Shown here: positions 7,962 through 21,469 of the stretch, piece after piece
Numbering within the stretch: the stretch's first letter is position 1
How the letters are laid out: each line of letters begins with the position of its first letter
Source: an uncultured Acidobacteriota bacterium
GTDB lineage: Bacteria; Acidobacteriota; Thermoanaerobaculia; Multivoradales; UBA5704
Length of the DNA: 64,000 nt
Direction: 5' to 3'
Assembly (NCBI GenBank): GCA_963700145.1
Contig: OY969474.1
Span: forward strand, 4,832,001 to 4,896,000
Position numbers and translations under genes: made by a program
Notes under the pieces: generated by a model
The model's database searches: none
Told to the model about the DNA's origin: nothing
The model's input: only the letters and a program-made list of their open reading frames with translations

Positions 7962-10073
7962 GTGTCCGAGCCCGAACGCACCTCCGCCGTCCATCCGTTC
8001 CCGGAACCGGCGGAGGAGACCACCCCGTACCTCAACCGCGAGCTCTCCTGGCTGGAGTTCAACCGGCGCGTCCTGGCCGAGGCCGAGAGCGCGGAGAACC
8101 CGCTCCTCGAGCGCCTGAAGTTCGTCGCCATCTTCGACGGCAACCTCGACGAGTTCTTCATGAAGCGGGTGGGCGGCCTGCGCCAGCAGCTGGCCAGCAA
8201 CCTGCGCGAGCTGCCCCCCGACGGCCACAGCCCGCGCGAGCAGCTCGGCGCGATCAGCCGCGTGGTGCGGCCGTTGATGGCGCGGCAGCGGCAGCTCCTC
8301 CACGGCGAGCTGCTGCCGGCGCTGGCGCAGCACGGGCTCGAGATCCTGACCTGGGAGGACCTGCGGCCGGGGGAGCGGCGGCACCTGTCGGAGGAGTTCG
8401 AGCGGAAGCTCTTCCCGATCCTGACGCCGCTCGCCGTCGATCCCGCCCACCCCTTCCCCTTCATCTCGAACCTCTCGCTCTCGCTCGCCGTCTCGGTGCG
8501 GCAGCCGGGCGAGGAGCAGCTCCGCTTCGCGCGGGTCAAGGTGCCGCAGACCCTGCCGCGCTGGATGCAGGTGCCGCACACCCTGCGCTTCGTACCGCTC
8601 GAGGAGGTCATCGCCCACAACCTGGAGCGCCTCTTCCCCGGCATGGAGGTGCTCGACGCCCGCCCCTTCCGCGTCACCCGCAACGCCGACGTGCGGCGCA
8701 ACGAGGAGACCGCCGACGACCTGCTGGAGGTGATCCAGGAGGAGCTGCGGGTGCGGCGCTTCTCCTCGGTGGTGCGCCTGGAGGTCGTCCCCGGCTGCCC
8801 GGACTGGATGCGCGAGCTCCTCTGCTCGGAGCTCGAGGTGCGGGAGCAGGACGTCTTCGAGGTGGTGGCGCCGCTGGCGCTGCGCGACCTCATGCAGCTC
8901 ACGACGGTGCCGCTGCCCTCGCACCGGGCGCGCCCGTGGACGCCGGTCACCCACCCGCGCCTCCACGCCGCCGACACGGAAGACATCGACATCTTCCAGA
9001 CGATCGCCGCCGGCGACCTCCTCCTCCACCACCCCTACGACTCCTTCGCCACCAGCGTCAAGGAGTTCGTCGACTGCGCCGCCGACGACCCGGCGGTGGT
9101 GGCGATCAAGCAGACCCTCTACCGCACCTCCGCCAACTCGCCGATCATGCAGTCGCTGATCCGCGCCGCCGAGAACCGCACGCAGGTGGCGGTGACGGTC
9201 GAGATCAAGGCGCGCTTCGACGAGGCGGCCAACATCGAGTGGGCCGAGGCGCTGGAGAAGGTCGGGGCGCACGTGGCCTACGGCGTCGTGGGGCTCAAGA
9301 CCCACGCCAAGCTCTGTCTCGTCGTGCGGCAGGAGGGGGACGGGCTGCGCTGCTACAGCCACGTCGGCACCGGCAACTACAACTCCGAGACCGCCAAGCT
9401 CTACACCGACCTCGGGCTCCTGACCGCCTCCCCCGAGGTCGCCGCCGACGTGGCGCAGGTCTTCAACCTGCTGACCGGCTACGTCCACCAGCCGCGCTTC
9501 CGCAAGCTCCTGGTGGCACCGGTCAACATGCGCGCGCGCTTCCTCGAGCTGATCGCGCGCGAGGTGGAGCAGGCGCGCGACGGCAAGAAGGCGCGGATCG
9601 TCGCCAAGATGAACGGCCTCGACGACCCGCAGCTCGTCGAAGCGCTCTACGAGGCCTCGGCGGCGGGGGTGGAGATCGACCTCGTGGTGCGCGGCATCTG
9701 CCGGCTGCGGCCGGGGCTGGCGGGGAAGAGCGAGACGATCCGCGTGCGCTCGATCGTCGGCCGCTTCCTCGAGCACGCCCGCATCTTCGCCTTCGCCAAC
9801 GGCGGGCGGCCGGAGTACTTCATCGGCTCGGCCGACTGGATGACCCGCAACCTCGACCACCGCGTCGAGACGGTGGCGCCGGTCGAGGAGCCGCGCCTGC
9901 AGGAGGAGCTGCGGACGGTCTTGGAGCTGCAGCTCGCCGACAACGTCAAGGCCTGGGAGCTGCGGCCGGACGGCAGCTACGAGCGCCGTCTCCCCGCCGA
10001 CGGCGAGGAGCCGCGCAACAGCCAGGAGCTGCTCATGCAGCGGGCGCTGGAACGGGCCGGACGGGCCGGGTAG
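7962..10073 (+). CDS. ppk1: Polyphosphate kinase 1
   Basis: YLNRELSWLEFNRRVL, HHPYDSF, KQTLYRT, KTHAK, GTGNYN and SADWMTRNLDHRVE motifs. Confidence 0.97.
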   Translation: MSEPERTSAVHPFPEPAEETTPYLNRELSWLEFNRRVLAEAESAENPLLERLKFVAIFDGNLDEFFMKRVGGLRQQLASNLRELPPDGHSPREQLGAISRVVRPLMARQRQLLHGELLPALAQHGLEILTWEDLRPGERRHLSEEFERKLFPILTPLAVDPAHPFPFISNLSLSLAVSVRQPGEEQLRFARVKVPQTLPRWMQVPHTLRFVPLEEVIAHNLERLFPGMEVLDARPFRVTRNADVRRNEETADDLLEVIQEELRVRRFSSVVRLEVVPGCPDWMRELLCSELEVREQDVFEVVAPLALRDLMQLTTVPLPSHRARPWTPVTHPRLHAADTEDIDIFQTIAAGDLLLHHPYDSFATSVKEFVDCAADDPAVVAIKQTLYRTSANSPIMQSLIRAAENRTQVAVTVEIKARFDEAANIEWAEALEKVGAHVAYGVVGLKTHAKLCLVVRQEGDGLRCYSHVGTGNYNSETAKLYTDLGLLTASPEVAADVAQVFNLLTGYVHQPRFRKLLVAPVNMRARFLELIAREVEQARDGKKARIVAKMNGLDDPQLVEALYEASAAGVEIDLVVRGICRLRPGLAGKSETIRVRSIVGRFLEHARIFAFANGGRPEYFIGSADWMTRNLDHRVETVAPVEEPRLQEELRTVLELQLADNVKAWELRPDGSYERRLPADGEEPRNSQELLMQRALERAGRAG

Positions 10074-11112
10074 AAGCGCCGGCCGTCTCGCCGGCCTTGC
10101 CGCCCGGAGCGGCCTTCGCCAGCCGGCGCGCCAGGGCTTCGACGTCGCCGAGGAAGCGCCCCGCCCGCGCCCCCAGCCACCCTTCGTCAAGACCCCGGAA
10201 CAGCTCGTCCCGCCGCGCCCGGTTGCGCGCGGCGAGGGCGAGGAGCCCGGCCTGTGGCGTGCGCCCGCGGGTGCGCTTGCGCAGCGCCTCGGGGTCGCCG
10301 TCGAGGGTTGCTTCGAGGAGCCCGCGCGCCCGCTCGGCGGCCGCCTCGCCGAGCGCTGCCGCCAGCTCGTCCTCGAGAACGTGCGCGTCGTGGAGCTCGC
10401 CCAGCAGCTCCTGGAGCCCCTTGAGCCGCTTCACCAGCCCCCGCGCCTCCTCGACCTCCTCGGCCAGCGGCTCGAGGAGATACCGCAGGCGCTTGCCGGC
10501 GATCCGCGCTTCGTGCGCCGCCTCGACGTCGCCGGCTTCGGCGACCGCGGCGAGCCGCTCCCCCAGCTCGCCCGTCGCCGCCTGGAGCGCTTCGCCGGCG
10601 GCGGCGGCGAAGGCCGGCGCCGCCGCGGCGCCGTCCAGCCGCACCTCGGCGCGGTAGACGCCGAGCCGCCGCCGCAGATCGCCGGCGAGGTCCGCGAAGG
10701 CGTCCTCCAGGTGCTCGCCCGCCGCGGCGTAGCCTGCCTGCCGCTTCGCCTCCAAGCGCGCCGCCAGCCACCGCCCACCGTGGCGCTGAGCAGGGGCGAG
10801 GTCCGGCTCGGCGGCGCGGAGCCAGGCGAGCTGCACCTCGGCGTCGCGTCCGCCGCCGGTGGCGCGGCCGAGCTTCTTGAGCTTGCGCTCGAGCCGCTTC
10901 GAGAGGCTCCCTTCCAGCGCCGGGCGGTAGGCGCGGAGGGTGCTGCGCAGGCGCCGCACGGCGACGCGGAAGTCGTGGAGGGCCTCGGCGTCGCCGGGAT
11001 CGGCGAGGCGGGCGTGCGCCGCGGCGGCGGCGTCGAGCAGGCGGAGCGCCAGGAGACGCGCGGCCTCGGCGGGTGGGCGGCCGAGCAGCTCCGCGGCGGC
11101 GTCCACGCTCAC
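10033..11112 (-). CDS. CHAD domain polyphosphate-binding protein
   Basis: EALHDFRVAVRRLRS, HEARIAGKRLRY and LQELLGELHD motifs. The GTG start overlaps the sixA stop. Confidence 0.88.
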   Translation of the reverse strand: MSVDAAAELLGRPPAEAARLLALRLLDAAAAAHARLADPGDAEALHDFRVAVRRLRSTLRAYRPALEGSLSKRLERKLKKLGRATGGGRDAEVQLAWLRAAEPDLAPAQRHGGRWLAARLEAKRQAGYAAAGEHLEDAFADLAGDLRRRLGVYRAEVRLDGAAAAPAFAAAAGEALQAATGELGERLAAVAEAGDVEAAHEARIAGKRLRYLLEPLAEEVEEARGLVKRLKGLQELLGELHDAHVLEDELAAALGEAAAERARGLLEATLDGDPEALRKRTRGRTPQAGLLALAARNRARRDELFRGLDEGWLGARAGRFLGDVEALARRLAKAAPGGKAGETAGASTRPVRPVPAPAA

Positions 11113-11612
11113 CCCGCGAGGGCCCGGAGCTGCGCCGGGGTCAGCGCCCAGAGGAGCGTCGCGGCGCCTGCCGCCGGCTCGCCGCCGAGGTCCAGCAGGC
11201 AGGCGCCTCCCTTGCGCATGGCGAGGATGCGGCGCTCGCCGCCGGTCAGGAGCCAGGAGACGATGAGCGCGAGCGAGGGCTCGTGGCCGACGACGGCGAT
11301 CGTCTCCTCGCGGCGCGTGCGCAGCCAGGCGAGGAAGTCCTGCGGCGTCGCCTCCGGCGCCAGCTGCTCGATCTCGACCGTCGGCAGGTCGCCGTAGACG
11401 GCGTCGAGGATGGCGCCGGTCTGTGCCGCGCGGGTGAGCGGGCTGGTGGCGAGGAGGTCGATCTGGGGCACCAGGGAGCGCAGGCCGCGGGCGCCGCGCC
11501 GCATGCGCTTCCGCCCCTCGTCGGTGAGCGGCCGCAGGCGGTCGTCGCGGCCGGTGCGGGCAAACTCCTCCGGCTCCTCGGCGATGGCGTGACGGACGGC
11601 CAGCAGGCGCAT
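11109..11612 (-). CDS. sixA: Phosphohistidine phosphatase SixA family
   Basis: VRHAIA, RPLTDEG, TSPLTRAAQT and VVGHEP motifs. Confidence 0.88.
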   Translation of the reverse strand: MRLLAVRHAIAEEPEEFARTGRDDRLRPLTDEGRKRMRRGARGLRSLVPQIDLLATSPLTRAAQTGAILDAVYGDLPTVEIEQLAPEATPQDFLAWLRTRREETIAVVGHEPSLALIVSWLLTGGERRILAMRKGGACLLDLGGEPAAGAATLLWALTPAQLRALAG

Positions 11613-11624
11613 GGCCGCCCGATC

Positions 11625-12638
11625 CTACCGTGCGGCGGTGGCGGCGGCCTTCGCGGCGGCGAGCGCGGCGGCGATCTCCTTGCGCAGCTGGCGTTCGACC
11701 GAGCTGCTCCAGCCGCTGCGGTTGTAGACCACCTCGCCCGCGTGATTGACCAGCATGTAGGTGGGGAAGGAGTGGACGCCGCAGCGGCGGCTGAAAGCGC
11801 TCCCCTGGTCCCAGACCTGCGGCCAGTCCATCTTGTGGCGGGCGACGAACTTCTCGACCAGGGTGGGGGTGCGGTCGACGCTGACGCTGAGCAGGACGAA
11901 GGGCTCGTCCGCCATCTCGTTGGCCAGCCGCCGCAGCCGCGGGACGGCGGCGACGCAGGGCCCGCACCAGGTGGCCCAGAAATCGAGCAGCAGCACCTTG
12001 CCGCGGAAGTGCTCGTCGCGCAGCGGCTCGCCGGCGAGGGTCTCCAACGCGAAGTCGGGAAGGATGGCCTTGCGCACCCGCGCGGGGTCGCCGAGCAGCT
12101 CGCGGGCGCGGGCGGCGGAGGGGCCGTCAGGCTCGCGGCGCAGGTACTCCTCGAGCAGCTCGACCGCCTCGTCCTTCCGCTCGAGGCGGAGCAGCGCCTC
12201 GGCGCGGTTCACCCGCGCCGCGTTGGCGCTGCCGCCGCTGATCGCCAGTACCTGCGCGAAGGCCTCGGCGGCTGCCTCGTAGCGCTTGGCGTCGCGCGGC
12301 GCGAGCGCCAGGAGAGCGAGGCCGCGCTCGTTGAGGGCGTGGGCGCGCAGGAAGTCGTCCGGGGCCGCGGCGAGCGCCGCGTCGGCCGCCGCCAGTGCGC
12401 CGAGGTAGTCGGGCACCCGGTTGAGCGCCTTGGCGAGGCCGAGCTGGCAGTCGGCGCAGCGGCCGCCCGCGAGCTTGTCGGCCTGGCGGAAGGAGCGCGC
12501 CGCCTCGTGGTACCTCTGCTGCTGCAGCGCGCGGCGCGCCTTGTCGAGCTCGGCCTCGGCCTGCGGCGGCGGAGCCTCGGTGGCGACGGCCGCCGCGGGT
12601 AGGGTCAAGAGAGCGAGCGCGAGGAGCAAGGCGCGCAT
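11625..12638 (-). CDS. Exported TPR + TlpA-like thioredoxin protein
   Basis: Signal peptide MRALLLALALL, helical TPR-like repeats, then LLDFWATWCGPC. Confidence 0.82.
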   Translation of the reverse strand: MRALLLALALLTLPAAAVATEAPPPQAEAELDKARRALQQQRYHEAARSFRQADKLAGGRCADCQLGLAKALNRVPDYLGALAAADAALAAAPDDFLRAHALNERGLALLALAPRDAKRYEAAAEAFAQVLAISGGSANAARVNRAEALLRLERKDEAVELLEEYLRREPDGPSAARARELLGDPARVRKAILPDFALETLAGEPLRDEHFRGKVLLLDFWATWCGPCVAAVPRLRRLANEMADEPFVLLSVSVDRTPTLVEKFVARHKMDWPQVWDQGSAFSRRCGVHSFPTYMLVNHAGEVVYNRSGWSSSVERQLRKEIAAALAAAKAAATAAR

Positions 12639-12673
12639 CGGAGGTCCATAGAATACGCCAGGACTGGGAGGGG

Positions 12674-13860
12674 CTAGCGCCGCCGCGGCAGCGTCCAGCG
12701 CTCGGCGCCGGTGAGGCGGGCGAGGCGGGCGACGGCCGCTTCGAGCCCGGCGCGGCGGCCGCTGGTCTCTTTGACCCCCGGCTCCCACCAGACCTTGCGC
12801 ACGGCGAGCAGGCCGCGGTTGCGGTGGAGCTTCGGATCGAGCCGGCCGACCAGGCGCTCGCCTTCGAGGATCGGCAGGACGTAGTAGCCGTAGCGGCGCT
12901 TGGCCGCCGGGACGAAGCATTCCAGCGTGTAGTCGAAGCCGAAGAGGCGCTGGGTGCGCCGGCGGTCGTGGAGGATCGGGTCGAAGGGGGAGAGGAGGCG
13001 CAGGCGGCGCGGCGCCTCCGGGGCGGCGGCGGCGCGCTCGCGCCAGTCCGGGAAGGCGTAGGCGCGGCGCGGGCGCGCGCCGTCGGCGCTCTCGACCTCG
13101 ACCGCCACGATCTCGCCGCGCGTCGCGGCCTTCTCGCACCAGGCGCTCGCCGCGGCGGGCTTGATCCCCCGCCAGAACGCCGCCAGCTCCTGCGGCGTCG
13201 CCGTTCCCAGCCGCTCGAGCGCGCCGCGGAAGGACCAGTCCAGATACTCCTCGGCCGAAGGCGCCGGCGCCGCGTGCGCCGCCGGCAGCACTCGCTCGGC
13301 GAGGTTGTAGACCTTGTGGAACTGCTCGCGCCGGGCGATCAGGAGCTCGCCGGTGTGCCAGAGGAACTCCAGCGCCGCCTTCTCGCGCGTCCACCCCCAC
13401 CAGGCCGACTTCTCGCCCGCGGGGCGATCGAAGTGCCGGGTCATGACCGGACCCTCGCGCCGCACTCGCTCGAGCACGGCGGCGGCGATGCTGTCCGGGT
13501 CTTCGCCGAGCCGCGCCATCCACCAGGCGTTGCCGAAGACGACCTCGCGGGCGTGGGCGAAGCGGTGGCGCCAGTACGGGTACCAGGCGGTGGGCACCGC
13601 CGCGGCGTCGTGCGTCCAGTGCTCGAAGAGCGACCGGTCGCGCTCGAGGAGGCGGTCGAGAAGTGCCGGCCGATAGCCGTCGAGCCGCGAGCCGAGCGTC
13701 AGATGCTGGGCGCGCGCGACGACGTTGATCGAGTCGATCTGCACGAACCCCATCCGTTCGACGACTTCGTACACCGCCGCCGGCGTCGCCCGCCGCCGCG
13801 GATCCGCGAGCAGCCCCTGCGCGTCGAGCAGCCGCCGCCGTGCGGCGGCTAAGGGAACGC
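12674..13860 (-). CDS. ycaQ: YcaQ/AlkZ-like winged-helix crosslink-repair DNA glycosylase
   Basis: FVQIDSINVVARAQHL, LFEHWTHDA, LLSPFDP and KRRYGYYVLPIL motifs. Family similarity extends upstream of the called GTG at 13774, so the start is unresolved. Confidence 0.82.
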
Positions 13861-13862
13861 GC

Positions 13863-14237
13863 TCAGCGGTAAAGCGTGATCTCCAGCGGGTTGCCGTCGG
13901 GGTCCTGGAAGTAGATCGACTCGGCGATGCCGTGGTCGATGGGGCCGCGGTAGGGGATGCCGAGGGAGCGCAGGTGCTCCTGCGCGGCGGCGAAGCCGGG
14001 GGCGTCGGTGCGCCAGGCGACGCGGTGCCAGCGCGGGGCTTCGCCGGTGGCGGGGCGGCCTTCGCCGGCCTGGAAGAGCGCCAGCGCCGGGCCGTCCTCG
14101 CGGCCGATCATCACCGGCTCGGGGTCCCAGCGGTGGCGCTCGGCGAGGCCCAGCACCTCGCCGTACCAGCGCGCCGCGGCGGCGAGGTCGCGGACCAGGA
14201 CTTCGACGTGGTCGATCTGGGTGACGGAGAAGGGCAT
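13863..14237 (-). CDS. VOC/glyoxalase family protein
   Basis: IDHVEVLVRDL...WYGEVLGL and SIYFQDPDGNPLEI motifs. Confidence 0.88.
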   Translation of the reverse strand: MPFSVTQIDHVEVLVRDLAAAARWYGEVLGLAERHRWDPEPVMIGREDGPALALFQAGEGRPATGEAPRWHRVAWRTDAPGFAAAQEHLRSLGIPYRGPIDHGIAESIYFQDPDGNPLEITLYR

Positions 14238-14291
14238 GCGGACGGGGCCTCCCGGACGGAGGCCCCATCCTAGCGCGGAGGACCTAGGCCC

Positions 14292-14738
14292 CTAGCCGGC
14301 TTCGGCGAAGAACTTGAGCGCCTCCTTGAGGGCGTTCCAGCGGTTGAGCTGCTGCGGGGTCAGGATCGCCGAGAAGGCGTCGTCGAAGGCCTCGAGCGCG
14401 GCGCGGATCTGCTCGCGCCCCTCGTAGAGGTCGATCTGGATCTGTCCGATGGCGCAGGCGTCCGGGCTCGCCGCCTCGAGCCCTTCGTGCAGGTCCTCGT
14501 AGAGCGCGCGCTGCTGCTCGCGCAGCGGCTTGAGCGCCGCCTGCAGCTGCTCGTAGAGCTGCTTGAACGTCGTCACCTGCGCCGGCGTGAGCTTCAAGTA
14601 CCGGGCGAGCTGGCGCGGGTTGCGGAAGAGCTGCTCGGGGTCCGGGCGGGCGGCGGCGGTGGTCTGGGCGGCCGCCGGCAGGACGAGCGCGGCGGCGAGG
14701 AGCAGGGCGAAGGACGCGGTCTTGGCGGCTCGGGTCAT
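14292..14738 (-). CDS. Periplasmic Spy/CpxP-like helical protein
   Basis: Signal peptide and two LTPxQ motifs (LKLTPAQ, ILTPQQ). Confidence 0.7.
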   Translation of the reverse strand: MTRAAKTASFALLLAAALVLPAAAQTTAAARPDPEQLFRNPRQLARYLKLTPAQVTTFKQLYEQLQAALKPLREQQRALYEDLHEGLEAASPDACAIGQIQIDLYEGREQIRAALEAFDDAFSAILTPQQLNRWNALKEALKFFAEAG

Positions 14739-14862
14739 GGGTCGTCTCCTATGTGCGTCTGCGGACCTGCAACACGCGGGCGGGGCCGATCCTACGCCCT
14801 TCGCGGCCAAAGCGCTGTGATACCGTTCCGCCGCACGCCGCCCCGCCGCGGGGACCCCCGAC

Positions 14863-15966
<1,104 letters not shown>

Positions 15967-16021
15967 CGCGGCGGCCGGGCGTAGCGCGAGCAACGACTTC
16001 GGAGGGAGGAGCCGAACCGGC

Positions 16022-16404
16022 ATGTATCCGACCGAGTATCTCTATTCGCGGGAGCACGAGTGGGTGCGGGTCGAGGAGGACGTCTGCGTGCTCGGCATCA
16101 CCGAGTTCGCGCAGCAGGAGCTGGGCGAGGTGGTCTTCGTCGAGCTGCCGGAGGTGGGGCAGGTCTTCGACAGCAACGACGAGGTGGGGACGATCGAGTC
16201 GGTGAAGGCCGTGGCCGAGATCTACACGCCGGTGGCGGGGGAGGTGGTGGAGGTCAACGGCGCCATCGAGGACGACCCCGAGCTGCTCAACGAGGACCCC
16301 CACGGCGAGGGCTGGCTGCTCAAGATCCGCTTCTCCTCGGCCGACGATCTGAAGAGCCTGATGACCGCCGAGCAGTACGAGGAGTACGCCCGGAGCGGCG
16401 AGGC

Positions 16405-16408
<4 letters not shown>
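16022..16408 (+). CDS. gcvH: Glycine cleavage H protein
   Basis: [16 protein letters not shown] and the lipoyl motif IESVKAV. Confidence 0.97.
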
Positions 16409-19345
<2,937 letters not shown>

Positions 19346-19353
<8 letters not shown>

Positions 19354-19786
19354 CGCCGAGCCGCCGCGGCCCGGCGCCGCCGGCGACCCGCCGCCGGGGC
19401 TGCTGGGCCGGGTGGGGATCGTCCTCCTCGCCCTCTTCCTCGCCTGCTGGGTGGTGCAGATCCTGGCGCTGGGCGGCCTGGTGCCGCTCGCCGGCCGGCT
19501 GCAGCTCTCGCTCTACAACCTCTACGGCTTCGCCGCGTTCCTCGGCTGGACCGCCGGCCTCCTCTACGTGCAGCGGGCGCGCGCCTTCCCGCCGCCGCTC
19601 CGCCGGCGCCTGGCGCTGATCTACTTCTCGGCCCCGCTCGCGCTCCCTTTCCTCCTCCGCGCCATGGCCCCGCTCGCCGAGCAGCACGCGGCTCCCTTCG
19701 TGCCCCTCTACGCCGCCGGGGTCTACGCCATCTTCTTCCTCGTGCCGGTCACCATGCGCATCCCGTTCCGCGCCGGCCGCGGCTGA
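19346..19786 (+). CDS. Hypothetical membrane protein (about 4 TM segments)
   Basis: Hydrophobic ORF overlapping the end of gcvP, with GC-biased codon usage. Confidence 0.65.
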
Positions 19787-19823
19787 CCGGCCGCCCGCAA
19801 GCCGCGTGCTAGCATCGATTTCG

Positions 19824-20711
19824 ATGCTGGACGCCGCCCTTTCCGCGCATTTCGAGACGCTGGTTTCCGACCTCGCGGAGCGGGGGTCGGTGCTGGTGGC
19901 CTACTCGGGCGGGGTGGACTCCGGGCTGGTCGCGGCGCTCGCCCATCGCGCGGTCGGCGAGAAGGCGCTGGCGGTGACGGCGGCGGCGGAGACCCTGGCC
20001 GGCGCCGAGCTCGACCACGCCCGCCGGCTCGCCGCCGAGATCGGCATCCGCCACGAGACCGTCACCTACAGCGAGCTGGCCGACCCCGAGTTCGCGGCCA
20101 ACCCCGCCTACCGCTGCTACGTCTGCCAGGGGCTGCGCATGGGGACGCTGGTGACGCTCGCCCGCGAGCGCGGCTACGCCGTCGTCTGCGACGGCACCAA
20201 CGCCTCCGACCCCGGCCCCGACCGCCCCGGCCTGCGCGCCGTGCGCGAGAAGGGCGTCTACTCGCCGCTCCTCGCCCACGGCATCGACAAGACGACGGCG
20301 CGCGCCCTCGCCCGCAGCCTCGGCCTCTCGGTCTGGGACCGCCCGGCCAACGCCTGCCTCTCGTCGCGCATCCCGCACGGCCAGCCGGTGACCCTGGGCA
20401 AGCTGCGCCGCGTCGAGGCCGCCGAGGACCTCCTCGCCGGCCAGGGGTTCCGCCTGGTGCGGGTGCGGCACGAAGAGCGGGCGGCGCGCGTCGAGGTCGG
20501 CCCCGAGGAGGTGGCGCGCCTCGCCGCGCTCTGGCCGGCGCTCGAGCCCCGCCTGCGCGCGCTCGGCTTCGACGGCGCCGTCTACGACCCGCGCGGCTAC
20601 CGGCGCGGCGGCGCCGACCCGCCGGCGCCCGTCGCGCTGGGCGCGCGACGGGAAGCGCGCCCGCAGAGTGATTGCAGCCCGGCGCGAAAGCCTTCGCGCC
20701 TTAGGCTTTGA
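19824..20711 (+). CDS. larE: LarE-family ATP-dependent sulfur transferase
   Basis: PP-loop AYSGGVDS, RCYVC, DGTNASD...RPG and ACLSSRIP motifs. Confidence 0.9.
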   Translation: MLDAALSAHFETLVSDLAERGSVLVAYSGGVDSGLVAALAHRAVGEKALAVTAAAETLAGAELDHARRLAAEIGIRHETVTYSELADPEFAANPAYRCYVCQGLRMGTLVTLARERGYAVVCDGTNASDPGPDRPGLRAVREKGVYSPLLAHGIDKTTARALARSLGLSVWDRPANACLSSRIPHGQPVTLGKLRRVEAAEDLLAGQGFRLVRVRHEERAARVEVGPEEVARLAALWPALEPRLRALGFDGAVYDPRGYRRGGADPPAPVALGARREARPQSDCSPARKPSRLRL

Positions 20712-21469
20712 GGCCCGAGGCGCTGCGCGAGCTGCTGGCGCGCGTCGCCGCCGGCGAGCTGACCCCCGACGCCGCCCTCGCCGCCCTCGCCGATCTTCCC
20801 TACGCCGACCTCGGGATCGCCAAGCCGGACCTCCACCGCGAGCTGCGCTCGGGGCTGCCGGAGACGATCTTCGGCGAGGGCAAGCGGAGCGAGGACCTGG
20901 TGGCGATCGCCGAGCGCCTGCTCGCCGCCAACGGCCGGGTCCTGGTGACCCGCGTCGGTCCGGAAGCCGCCGCGGCGCTGCGTGCGCGCTTTCCCGACGC
21001 GGTCTCCCACGAGCGCGCCCGCGTCGTGACCTGCGGGGAGCCGCACGAGGCGTCCGGAGCGCCGGCGGCGGTGCTCGCCGCCGGCACCTCCGACCTCGCC
21101 GTCGCCGAAGAGGCAGCGGTCTGCCTGACCTGGTTCGGCCACGCGGTCGAGCGCCACTACGACGTCGGCGTCGCCGGCCTCCATCGCCTGCTCGACGCCC
21201 TGCCGGCGCTGCGCCGCGCCGGGGCGATCGTTGCGGTGGCGGGGATGGACGGCGCGCTGCCCGCGGTCGTCGCGGGTCTCGTCGCGGCGCCGGTCGTGGC
21301 CGTGCCGACGAGCGTCGGCTACGGCGCCAGCTTCGGCGGCCTCGCCGCGCTCCTCACCATGCTCAACGCCTGCGCACCGGGGATCGGCGTCGTCAACATC
21401 GACAACGGCTACGGCGCCGCCGTCCTCGCTCACCGCATCCTGCGCTCCGCCAGCATCGCGTCGCCGTAG
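20708..21469 (+). CDS. larB: Nickel-pincer cofactor biosynthesis carboxylase LarB
   Basis: PETIFGEGK, AGTSD, DVGVAGLHRL, VPTSVGYG and VVNIDNGYGAA motifs. Confidence 0.93.
   Translation: MRPEALRELLARVAAGELTPDAALAALADLPYADLGIAKPDLHRELRSGLPETIFGEGKRSEDLVAIAERLLAANGRVLVTRVGPEAAAALRARFPDAVSHERARVVTCGEPHEASGAPAAVLAAGTSDLAVAEEAAVCLTWFGHAVERHYDVGVAGLHRLLDALPALRRAGAIVAVAGMDGALPAVVAGLVAAPVVAVPTSVGYGASFGGLAALLTMLNACAPGIGVVNIDNGYGAAVLAHRILRSASIASP

Noticed and set aside
6879-10190. 1103-aa ORF as a giant PhoB fusion
   Set aside because: The upstream part is the antisense shadow of ppk1. Only the last 237 aa are a response regulator.
14740-14862. Glycine riboswitch upstream of gcvT
   Set aside because: The intergenic region is short and shared with a divergent gene, and I could not recognise the aptamer motifs.
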